A stretch of DNA of 64,000 nucleotides from Candidatus Gastranaerophilaceae bacterium (GTDB taxonomy: Bacteria; Cyanobacteriota; Vampirovibrionia; Gastranaerophilales; Gastranaerophilaceae): the NCBI GenBank assembly GCA_045530955.1, contig JAZSDA010000059.1, forward strand, positions 669 through 64,668, read 5' to 3'. Position numbers and translations under genes: made by a program. A model generated the notes under the pieces. The model searched no databases. It was not told where the DNA came from and worked only from the letters and a program-made list of their open reading frames with translations. Below, one piece after another: positions 54,252 through 62,393 of this stretch (the stretch's first letter is position 1; each line of letters opens with the position of its first letter).

Positions 54252-54354
54252 ATATTTAGGTTTGCCTTATTTGTTACATTGATGATTCCCTTTCCTGTTA
54301 GGTGAGGGTATGGTGAAGGACTAATTGTCCATTGTTTAAAAGAAGAGGAATGTA

Positions 54355-55740
54355 ATGACTTTTACAATATCTGTAATTTTAATGATTTTATTACTCAGTG
54401 TACTTGTTCTTGTTCATGAGGCTGGACATTTTTTAGCAGCTCGAGCATTAGGTTTTAAAGTAACTAAATTTGGGTTTGGGTTACCAGTTGGTCCAACGTT
54501 GTGGAGTAAACAGGTTGGAGATGTTGAAGTTTTAGTACACGCTTTTTTATTGGGTGGTTATGTTTCATTTCCTGATGATGATAAAGAGGCTGGAATTGTA
54601 ATTCCTGATGAGGATAAATTTACGACAAAACCTGTATGGAAAAGAATGATAGTGATTTCTGCAGGGGTTGTTGCAAATATAATAACTGCATTTTTGTTTG
54701 TGTTTATAACTGCTGCAGCTTTGGGACATTTGCCTTCTGGAGTTTATCAAGTATCGGTAGGTGAAGTGTTGAAAGAGTATAAATCTTTCCCTGCTCAATA
54801 TTCTGAATTGAAAGCTGATGATGTAATAGTTTCTATTAATGGTTCAAAGATTCAATCTCCATATTCGATAACACTTTATGCTAGTAATAATATCCCTTTA
54901 GATGGTAAGATTCTTCAACAAGATTTTGATTTAACTTTTGAACGTCTAAAATCTTTAAATCCAAATATTTCGGCAGAGGGGGTAATTTCAGAAGGTGTTG
55001 TTGTTAAATTACCAAAAAGACAAGATGAATCTGAATATAAAATAAAAGACGAGGCGATGCTGAAAGGGTACAAGTATTTTAAAGATGATCGTTTAGTTTT
55101 AAATCAGAAGCAAATTAAATTAAGAAATAAGCTTTTAAAGGCTTCTTCATACGTTGCTGATGGTACATCGACTTTAACTGACGTTGCTTATGCAATGTCC
55201 GATTATAAAGCACCAGTTAATATTGTGGTTTTACGTGGTGGTAAAACTATAAGTTTGCCTGCAATGTACCCTAATATGGATGGGTATTTAGGTATAAGCA
55301 ACAAGGTGAAAGAAATTTCGTTGAAAACAAATACTTTTTCTAGTTTTATATCTTCATCTGCTAAATATTTATGGAACCGAGTATATGTTTTATGTTGTGG
55401 TTTAGGGCAATTATTTACTGGCCAAATTCCATTAAAAGATATGCATGGTATTATTGCAATCACTAAAATTGGTGGTAATGTAATTCAATCAAGTGGGTTT
55501 TTCTCAGGTGTGTTGTTGGCTGCGTTTATTTCATTGAACTTGGCAATAATTAACTTTTTACCTATACCGGCGTTGGATGGTGGACATTTTATGTTCCTTA
55601 TAATTGAAAAAATTAGACGTAAACCGTTAGATGAAGATACAATTAATAAGATTAGTTCAGTATTTTTCTTATTGTTAATTATATTTATGATATTTATTGT
55701 ATTTAATGATGTATATGCATTGATTAAACATAAATTTTAA
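54355..55740 (+). CDS. rseP: RIP metalloprotease RseP (site-2 protease, M50)
   Basis: HEAGHFLAAR (HExxH) in TM1, central PDZ-like region, NLAIINFLPIPALDGGH (NxxPxxxLDG). Confidence 0.88.
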   Translation: MTFTISVILMILLLSVLVLVHEAGHFLAARALGFKVTKFGFGLPVGPTLWSKQVGDVEVLVHAFLLGGYVSFPDDDKEAGIVIPDEDKFTTKPVWKRMIVISAGVVANIITAFLFVFITAAALGHLPSGVYQVSVGEVLKEYKSFPAQYSELKADDVIVSINGSKIQSPYSITLYASNNIPLDGKILQQDFDLTFERLKSLNPNISAEGVISEGVVVKLPKRQDESEYKIKDEAMLKGYKYFKDDRLVLNQKQIKLRNKLLKASSYVADGTSTLTDVAYAMSDYKAPVNIVVLRGGKTISLPAMYPNMDGYLGISNKVKEISLKTNTFSSFISSSAKYLWNRVYVLCCGLGQLFTGQIPLKDMHGIIAITKIGGNVIQSSGFFSGVLLAAFISLNLAIINFLPIPALDGGHFMFLIIEKIRRKPLDEDTINKISSVFFLLLIIFMIFIVFNDVYALIKHKF

Positions 55741-55744
55741 AAAG

Positions 55745-55769
55745 GTTGAGCGAAAGCTCAACTTTTTTT
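55745..55769 (+). terminator. rho-independent terminator after rseP
   Basis: GTTGAGC / GCTCAAC stem with GAAA tetraloop and TTTTTTT. Confidence 0.62.
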
Positions 55770-55810
55770 ATGGTATAATTAACCTTGTATAAAAAGGGAG
55801 AAAAAGAGTG

Positions 55811-57142
55811 ATGTTAGATTTTATTCACACGCATGGAATGATTATTTCGGGTGCAATACTTCTAATTGCATATATCTTCATTGCCAGCGAAAAAATTCAA
55901 AAATCTGTAGTAGCTCTTGTTGGGGCAGCTCTGACAATGCTACTTGGGTTGATTCCTCTAGAAGGACATTTTGATATTGAAAATATGAAATACATCAAAG
56001 GTGTATTTGAACACGTTGATTTTGAAGTAATTTTCTTACTTATCGGTATGATGATTATTGTTCATATTGCAAGTAGAAGTGGTGTTTTTAAATGGATGGC
56101 ATTACATTTGTTAAAAGCAACTAAAGGTCATCCAAAAACTGTTTTATTTGCATTAGCAGCGTTTACTGCGGTTGCTTCAGCATTTTTGGATAACGTAACA
56201 ACAGTTGTTCTTATGATGCCAATTACATTTATTATTGCAAAAGAATTTGAAGCAGATCCTGTTCCATTTTTGATTACTGAAGTTTTAGCTTCAAATATTG
56301 GTGGTACTGCGACTTTAATCGGTGATCCTCCAAATATCATTATTGGTACAAGAGCAGGTTTAAGTTTTATGGACTTTGTTCGTGAACTTTCTCCTGTTGT
56401 TGCCGTTATTTTTGTTGTGTGTACATCATTATTAGTATTTATGTTCAGAAAAGGCTTAAAGGCTACCCCTGAAAAAATGGCACAAGTTGCAAATATGGAT
56501 AATTCTAAAACAATTACAGATAAAGCTCTTATGATTCGTTCAATGATTACATTGGCTTTAGTAATTTTAGGTTTTGTAACTCACGATATTACACACATTT
56601 CAGCTTATGTATTTGCGGTAGCTGGTGCAGCGTTCTTATTGTTGTTTGAAGAGCCAAAAGAAATTTACAAAGATGTTGAATGGTTAACTATTTTCTTCTT
56701 TGTAGGTTTGTTCATTATTATTGGTGGGTTTGAAGCTAATGGTGGTATTAAATATTTAGCTGATCAACTTATCGTTTTAACTAACGGAAGTTTGAATGCT
56801 GCTACAATGATTATTCTTTGGGCATCAGGTATATTATCAGGTATTATTGATAATATTCCATATACAGCAACAATGGCTCCATTGATTTCTGAACTTGTAA
56901 ATCCTGCAAATCCAAATGCAATTGCAGGTAATACCCAAGCTCTATGGTGGGCATTATCATTAGGTGCTTGTTTAGGTGGAAACTTGACTATTATTGGTGC
57001 AGCTGCAAACGTTATTGTTTCAGAAACTGCAGCATCACAAGGTCATAAGATTTCATTTATGAGATTTATGAAATACGGTGCTTTGATTACAATGATTTCA
57101 CTTGCAATAAGTACTGTATATCTGGCAATTAAATATCTATAA
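55811..57142 (+). CDS. ArsB/NhaD-superfamily permease (SLC13/YbiR-like anion transporter)
   Basis: About 443 aa and about 12 TM. FLDNVTTVVLMMP and IIDNIPYTATMAP hairpin motifs, GDPPNIIIG. Confidence 0.78.
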   Translation: MLDFIHTHGMIISGAILLIAYIFIASEKIQKSVVALVGAALTMLLGLIPLEGHFDIENMKYIKGVFEHVDFEVIFLLIGMMIIVHIASRSGVFKWMALHLLKATKGHPKTVLFALAAFTAVASAFLDNVTTVVLMMPITFIIAKEFEADPVPFLITEVLASNIGGTATLIGDPPNIIIGTRAGLSFMDFVRELSPVVAVIFVVCTSLLVFMFRKGLKATPEKMAQVANMDNSKTITDKALMIRSMITLALVILGFVTHDITHISAYVFAVAGAAFLLLFEEPKEIYKDVEWLTIFFFVGLFIIIGGFEANGGIKYLADQLIVLTNGSLNAATMIILWASGILSGIIDNIPYTATMAPLISELVNPANPNAIAGNTQALWWALSLGACLGGNLTIIGAAANVIVSETAASQGHKISFMRFMKYGALITMISLAISTVYLAIKYL

Positions 57143-57160
57143 TTTGCATTTTTAAATATG

Positions 57161-57196
57161 AAAAGGCGGTAAGAAATTATTCTTACCGCCTTTTTG
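57161..57196. terminator. bidirectional rho-independent terminator between convergent genes
   Basis: AGGCGGTAAGA / TCTTACCGCCT 11-bp stem, with AAAA on the left and TTTT on the right. Confidence 0.65.
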
Positions 57197-57229
57197 GTGA
57201 TGAATTATCAACTGTAATTCGAATTTACG

Positions 57230-59242
57230 TTATTCATTACATCCGAATGCGATAGTAACGTGTTCCCTAGGATTAACTGCGGATATTTTGTATCCACGAG
57301 GATCAACAAGGTAAGCAAATTCATCACCTGTAGTTTGGAATAAGCCCATAGCACCAGATAGAGCTGTTCTTGTTACGTCAATTGGAGCTTTAACTGTTTC
57401 GAAAATACCATCGCCTAAGTTTCTAGCAGCCGCACCGAATTGACCTTGGAAAACGTGTCCTAACATGTAACCTGCATCATTAGATACGTTTTCTACGGCG
57501 TTACCAAGGTTAGTAACAATACCACCTGCGGTTCTACCTACTACCCCGACTAATGAACCTGCCCAAGTGAATGGCATTTCAACAAGTCTTGCTACTGGGT
57601 TTACGTTTTTAGATTTGTTTACTTGTGCTTGTAAGATTTGTTTTGGTAATTTTGTTTTGCAATCACCATTTTTGATTTCTGTAAACGCTAATTTTAAAGC
57701 ACCTTTGTCGCAGCCTGATGGTCTTATTACTTCTACAACTTGACCTGTTACAGTTGAACCGCAAGGATATGTTCTGCCGTTAATTGTAATGTCTTCAAGT
57801 GTGTTTGCTCTGAAGTATTGACCGACGTGAGAAGATTTAGCTGTCAATTGGTCTATCATTGATAATTTCAATGTAGGGATTTTTACGATTTCTTCTTGTT
57901 CAATCAACGCATTTTTCTCAATAGGGCAGGCTGGACAAATATTGTGTGCTGTTTTTGGGTTAGTGTCGTAACCTAATGCTACACGTACAGTTTGCATCAT
58001 AGACGCCACATCAGCACGTGATGCATCTCTGTGTGGTAAAATCATATTCGGTGTTGGTGAATCTTTTAATGCACCGTTTTGAAGTGATTTTGCGACAGGA
58101 ATTTTTGCCCAATCAGGAACTTTGTTTCCGTCTGCATATTGGCTTAAAATTTCATCAGCTTTGCAACTATCCATATCGCAAGTCATACCTTTTGCAATTG
58201 AAGTTAATGCTTCAACACGGGTTACGTTTGCATTTGGTTTGAATGTTCGATTTGGATAACCTGCAAGTAAGTCTTCATCTACTGCTTTTGCAATAGCCGC
58301 ATTTGCCCAATTATCTCTTGGAACGTCTTTGAACATTGCTTGTCTGTTTAGGTCGCAATTTAGGTTAAATCCTTTAACAAGCATTGTCGCAAATTCAGCA
58401 CGTGAAATCTTTTGATTTGGTTTGAAATACCCGTCAGGATAGCCTACAACAACATCATTGATGGCTAGTTTATCAATATCACAAGCTGCCCAATGGCTAT
58501 TTGGTACGTCAGGGAATTGGCAAGCTCCATTGTATGGGGCTGCTGCTCCTGTGATGTTATTTTGGATTTGTTGAGGGATTTCGTATGGGATTAATGTTTT
58601 CTTAACCGCATTAATTGAGTTTGCAGACTGAATGTCTATGGGACAATTGTTTCCGTTCATTCTGCAATCATCTCTGTTTACAGGAATACCGTTATACATA
58701 TTTGGACATTCATTTAGGCAAGGCATTTGAGTTGCTGCCCCTGTGATTTGTCCATCAGTGGCAACTGTTGCACCTGAAATTCCTCTTGTCATTCTATCAG
58801 CAGGACAACCTTTTAGTGCTGTTTCTGTTGAGAAAATTGAGTTTGCAGGTTCGCCTACATAGTTGTTTGTACCATAAACGGCTTGTGGGTAACCGTAAAC
58901 CTGTTTCATTTCCGAACGGTTCGGTTTACCAGTTTGAGGACATAGTGCAGTTGACGGTACTGCAGGTTGATCACAGCTTATCTCATCTGGACATCCACAA
59001 TCTTTTTGTACTGGACATGGGTCAGGTTTTCTGCAATCGCAGTCAGGTAAAGCCTTTTTACATTTGTTGCATGTTGGGTTTGGCATTACATTTTCAATTG
59101 GACATGCAGGACCGGTTACCACCGGCAAGGCTTCTGCTGGAGCTGGAGTATTGCAAGGACAAGCTGCCATTACTGGAGTCAAGGAACACGTTGCTATTCC
59201 AACGGCAATCGCAGCTGCCACAGTAAGTTTTTTAATTGACAT
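57230..59242 (-). CDS. envelope protein: signal peptide, Cys/Pro-rich region, three SLH domains, beta-module, Gly-rich segment
   Basis: MSIKKLTVAAAIAVGIATCSLTPVMA. About 16 Cys in residues ~27-105. SLH repeats FPDVPNSHWAACDIDKL..GYPDGYFKPNQKISRAEFA, FKDVPRDNWANAAIAKA..GYPNRTFKPNANVTRVEAL, VPDWAKIPVAKSL..RDASRADVA. SD AAGGAGG. Confidence 0.8.
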   Translation of the reverse strand: MSIKKLTVAAAIAVGIATCSLTPVMAACPCNTPAPAEALPVVTGPACPIENVMPNPTCNKCKKALPDCDCRKPDPCPVQKDCGCPDEISCDQPAVPSTALCPQTGKPNRSEMKQVYGYPQAVYGTNNYVGEPANSIFSTETALKGCPADRMTRGISGATVATDGQITGAATQMPCLNECPNMYNGIPVNRDDCRMNGNNCPIDIQSANSINAVKKTLIPYEIPQQIQNNITGAAAPYNGACQFPDVPNSHWAACDIDKLAINDVVVGYPDGYFKPNQKISRAEFATMLVKGFNLNCDLNRQAMFKDVPRDNWANAAIAKAVDEDLLAGYPNRTFKPNANVTRVEALTSIAKGMTCDMDSCKADEILSQYADGNKVPDWAKIPVAKSLQNGALKDSPTPNMILPHRDASRADVASMMQTVRVALGYDTNPKTAHNICPACPIEKNALIEQEEIVKIPTLKLSMIDQLTAKSSHVGQYFRANTLEDITINGRTYPCGSTVTGQVVEVIRPSGCDKGALKLAFTEIKNGDCKTKLPKQILQAQVNKSKNVNPVARLVEMPFTWAGSLVGVVGRTAGGIVTNLGNAVENVSNDAGYMLGHVFQGQFGAAARNLGDGIFETVKAPIDVTRTALSGAMGLFQTTGDEFAYLVDPRGYKISAVNPREHVTIAFGCNE

Positions 59243-59481
59243 TTTTACCTCCTTGTTTGTATGAGTTTTGTTTAAATAAATGTAAGTTTTATTTATTCAC
59301 CAAACTTATACAGTGATTATGTACTTTCTAGGAGGTTTTAAACATTAGTAAAACATCTTATTCGGGTGGGTAATATTTGAATTACTAAGTTTGTAACAAT
59401 TTTTGTAAAGTTCGCAAAAAATTGAAAAAATATGTTTTTATATATATGTGAAGGTTAATTATTGTGTGGGAAAGGTGTTGC

Positions 59482-59631
59482 ATGTTTAGCAAAGAGTTTA
59501 TGAAATTTTTGTATAGTTATCAAAAAGATGACTTCAAACCAAAAGAACCATTAAAACGTGAGATTAGGTTCAAAAGTAAGGGCGGCGGTAAAGTTGCCGA
59601 AGTTTTAGTTCCAGAAACTAACAAAGGTTAA
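59482..59631 (+). CDS. candidate small ORF (49 aa, Lys-rich), below the ORF-track cut-off
   Basis: Translated by hand: MFSKEFMKFLYSYQKDDFKPKEPLKREIRFKSKGGGKVAEVLVPETNKG. SD-like AAAGGTG lies 5 nt upstream. A structured region and terminator follow on the same strand. Confidence 0.3.
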   Translation: MFSKEFMKFLYSYQKDDFKPKEPLKREIRFKSKGGGKVAEVLVPETNKG

Positions 59632-59726
59632 CAACCCTTACCAATAACTACCTACATTTGATCTCTCACAAAACAACCATGAGTTGTTTTGTGAGGTGGA
59701 CGGGAGGTAAGTCTGGTTGTTGACCT
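59625..59726 (+). ncRNA. candidate structured RNA element (long closing helix plus perfect 13-bp hairpin)
   Basis: AGGTTAACAAC (59625-59635) and CTTACC (59637-59642) pair with GGTAAG (59706-59711) and GTTGTTGACCT (59716-59726). Internal hairpin CTCACAAAACAAC / GTTGTTTTGTGAG (59665-59695). No known RNA family recognised. Confidence 0.25.
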
Positions 59727-59744
59727 TTTCATACCAAAAAGAAA

Positions 59745-59768
59745 AAGCCTTTCGAAGGAAAGGCTTTT
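59745..59768 (+). terminator. rho-independent terminator
   Basis: AAGCCTTTC / GAAAGGCTT stem, loop GAAG, then TTTT. An A/T-rich run on the other side makes it potentially bidirectional. Confidence 0.55.
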
Positions 59769-60000
59769 GGAATGTAAATTTGATTTCATTCCTCGTAATA
59801 GTGAAGTGTGAAGTGTGTGCTTAAGTTTGTTTGTGATTCCTCAATAAGCACTCCTCGTGTTTACATATTAATAAAGTTTTTTTAGTATATAAAATTGCTA
59901 TATTTTATATAACTGTCTTAATACTTTTTAACATTTTAGATATTTTGTATTCGTGCATTATACTAAAATAAAGTAGAAATGTGATTTTAGGGAGAAAATT

Positions 60001-60795
60001 ATGAATATTTTAATATCTAATGATGATGGTATTGCAGCAAACGGTATAAGAGCTTTAACTGAAGCTTTATCAAAGAAACATAATGTGTATGTTGTTGCTC
60101 CTGACAGGGAACGTAGTGCGGCAGGACATTCTTTAACATTGCACACACCATTAAGGGTAGAAGAACTTGATGAAGAAAAACATGGTGCAAGAAAAACTTG
60201 GGTTACAACAGGTACTCCAGGAGATTGTGTAAAAATGGGTGTTAGTGCTCTTTTGTCAGAGGATGAAAAGCCTGATTTTGTAATTTCAGGTATAAATCAT
60301 GGCCCAAATTTGGGTGCTGATATTCTTTATTCAGGAACTGTAAGTTGTGCAATGGAAGGTGCTATGCTTGGAATTCCAAGTATTGCTGTATCTTTAGCCT
60401 CTATGAAAGCGGAATATGAAGACTTTTTGTTTGGGGCAAATTTTGTGGTGTCTTTATTGGATAAAATTAAAGACTTTCACTTTCCTAAAAAAAGTATTTT
60501 AAATGTTAATATTCCAAATTTAGATCCTGAAGATATTACGGGTGTTGCAATTACTGAGCTTGGTCGCAGAATGTTCACAGATGATTATGAACGCAGAGTT
60601 GACCCTAGAGGGAAAGTTTATTACTGGATGGCAGGTGAACTTATCAATGAGCCTGATGATGCAAAAACAGATATTGCAGCGGTTAGGAATAATATGATTT
60701 CAATTACACCTGTAACTTATGAAATGACACGAACAGAAACTTTAGATGATTTGAATCATATACTTTGTGAAAAAGGTTCATGTGATTGGTATTAA
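60001..60795 (+). CDS. surE: 5'/3'-nucleotidase SurE
   Basis: MNILISNDDGI, APDRERSA, GINHGPNLG, YSGTV motifs. SD AGGGAG. Confidence 0.93.
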   Translation: MNILISNDDGIAANGIRALTEALSKKHNVYVVAPDRERSAAGHSLTLHTPLRVEELDEEKHGARKTWVTTGTPGDCVKMGVSALLSEDEKPDFVISGINHGPNLGADILYSGTVSCAMEGAMLGIPSIAVSLASMKAEYEDFLFGANFVVSLLDKIKDFHFPKKSILNVNIPNLDPEDITGVAITELGRRMFTDDYERRVDPRGKVYYWMAGELINEPDDAKTDIAAVRNNMISITPVTYEMTRTETLDDLNHILCEKGSCDWY

Positions 60796-60872
60796 GATTA
60801 AAAACCCTCTGGGAAAATTTTCCCGGGGGGTTATATTTTATTTGAACATACGTTATAATATTAATAGGGATA

Positions 60873-61121
60873 TTGGAGTTTATGGTCGATTTTAACACTA
60901 GTCTGAATTTGCCCATCAATATTGGCTTAGATCCTAATGCAAGCCACTCATCTGGTGTTGGAAAACTCAAAGCAATTACCCCTGAAGACTTTGGAACACG
61001 CCATAGTGCAGAAGCTTCACATGATTTTGCTTCAGCATTTTATGGTGATGGACCATACAGTTTAGAGCATCCAAATAATACCACTGAGCTTGTAGCTCAA
61101 AATGTTGATTACCTAGCTTAA
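60873..61121 (+). CDS. hypothetical small protein (79-82 aa)
   Basis: ORF only, starting at TTG 60873 or ATG 60882 after GGAG. No family recognised. Confidence 0.4.
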   Translation: MEFMVDFNTSLNLPINIGLDPNASHSSGVGKLKAITPEDFGTRHSAEASHDFASAFYGDGPYSLEHPNNTTELVAQNVDYLA

Positions 61122-61236
61122 GATGAGTTTATTTTTCTAATATTAAGAATTATTAACATAAACTTTTCAAAAAAGGCAATTCTCGTAAAAAAAAATACTT
61201 TATATAAATGTATATAGGAAAGAGGATACTCAGGTA

Positions 61237-61440
61237 ATGAAAGAACAAGAATTAAACACATTGATGTCTGTTGTGACTGATCCAATTGAAAATGTGTATA
61301 GAATTGACTCATATCAAGATTTGGCAGAAATTCAACGTATTATTAGAATTTTTAATATCGCTGAAGAACAACACAACAAACACACTATGTTATCTATCAA
61401 AAACCTTGCTGCATTACGTTTGGTTTTGAGTAACAATTAA
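61237..61440 (+). CDS. hypothetical small protein (67 aa)
   Basis: ORF with AGAGGA upstream, followed by the terminator at 61466-61497. No family recognised. Confidence 0.4.
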   Translation: MKEQELNTLMSVVTDPIENVYRIDSYQDLAEIQRIIRIFNIAEEQHNKHTMLSIKNLAALRLVLSNN

Positions 61441-61465
61441 TTCTTGATTCTATATATAAAGTTTG

Positions 61466-61497
61466 AAAAAGCCCTTGCTAGTCAGCAAGGGCTTTAT
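61466..61497. terminator. bidirectional rho-independent terminator
   Basis: AAAGCCCTTGCT / AGCAAGGGCTTT 12-bp stem with loop AGTC, between convergent genes. Confidence 0.62.
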
Positions 61498-61502
61498 AGA
61501 TT

Positions 61503-61883
61503 TTATTTTGCAAAAAGTGCGATTATTGGTGGTGCGAAAAGTAGAACCCCAATCATTATTGCACAAATCGATACAACCATAACCGCACCTGCTGCAATAT
61601 CTTTTGCCATTCCAACCATTCGTGAATATCTGTTGTGAAAAATTGCATCAAGAGAAAATTCAATTGCAGAATTAAACATTTCAGCAGAAATTACTGCTGC
61701 GATTGTTAGAAATAATATGCAAAATTTGTTAATTGAAAAGTTTAGGCAGAATGCTGTAACTATTACCAATGCTGCAATAAAAAGATGTATTCTTATATTG
61801 CGTTCACTTTTTATAGATAACCTCATTCCCTTTCTTGCGTTTTTAAAAGTGTTTGTAAATGAACCTTTTTTATATTTTGTCAT
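61503..61883 (-). CDS. dgkA: diacylglycerol/undecaprenol kinase (DgkA family)
   Basis: 126 aa with three TM segments. SERNIRIH, EMFNSAIE, AKDIAAGAV motifs. Confidence 0.85.
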   Translation of the reverse strand: MTKYKKGSFTNTFKNARKGMRLSIKSERNIRIHLFIAALVIVTAFCLNFSINKFCILFLTIAAVISAEMFNSAIEFSLDAIFHNRYSRMVGMAKDIAAGAVMVVSICAIMIGVLLFAPPIIALFAK

Positions 61884-62388
61884 ATTTAATTCCCATACTT
61901 TCTAAAGCCAGTTTTTGATGTTTAACGACAAAATTGAACTCATCTTCGCTCTGATGGTCAAATCCTAACAAGTGCATTATACCATGGCTTATTAAGAATA
62001 CCAGTTCCATCTCTTTTGAAATTTCTTTCTTTTGAGCTTCTTCAATAATCTTGTCTAATCCTATTATAATCTCTCCTAAATAAATTTCCATATCCAAGAC
62101 AAATCTTTCTTCATTAGGTGAATCTGCAAATACTGCAAAGGTTATAATATCAGCAGGATAGTCTTTTTCACGATATTCTTTGTTGATTTCGTGAGTTTTT
62201 TTACTGTCACAGAATAGAAAAGCAAAAGAAATTGTGTCAAATTCGTATGATTTTAAGCAACTGTTATTTGCAATTTCAGGTATTGTCATATAGAAATTGA
62301 ATATTTTTTCTGCTGTTTTGGCAATCTTTTCGTCATCGATTTCCCAGTTTGAGTATTCGTTTTCTGTATAAATATTTAAGTTAATCAT
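61870..62388 (-). CDS. ybeY: rRNA maturation endoribonuclease YbeY
   Basis: HGIMHLLGFDH zinc motif. It overlaps the dgkA start by 14 nt, in the conserved pgpH/phoH-ybeY-dgkA order. Confidence 0.9.
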   Translation of the reverse strand: MINLNIYTENEYSNWEIDDEKIAKTAEKIFNFYMTIPEIANNSCLKSYEFDTISFAFLFCDSKKTHEINKEYREKDYPADIITFAVFADSPNEERFVLDMEIYLGEIIIGLDKIIEEAQKKEISKEMELVFLISHGIMHLLGFDHQSEDEFNFVVKHQKLALESMGIKYDKI

Positions 62389-62393
62389 AGATT

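Noticed and set aside
58768-59264. 152-aa and 66-aa plus-strand ORFs inside the SLH gene
   Set aside because: They are antisense to a gene with a strong signal peptide, SLH repeats and an SD. Open antisense frames are expected where the coding strand is relatively GC-richer.
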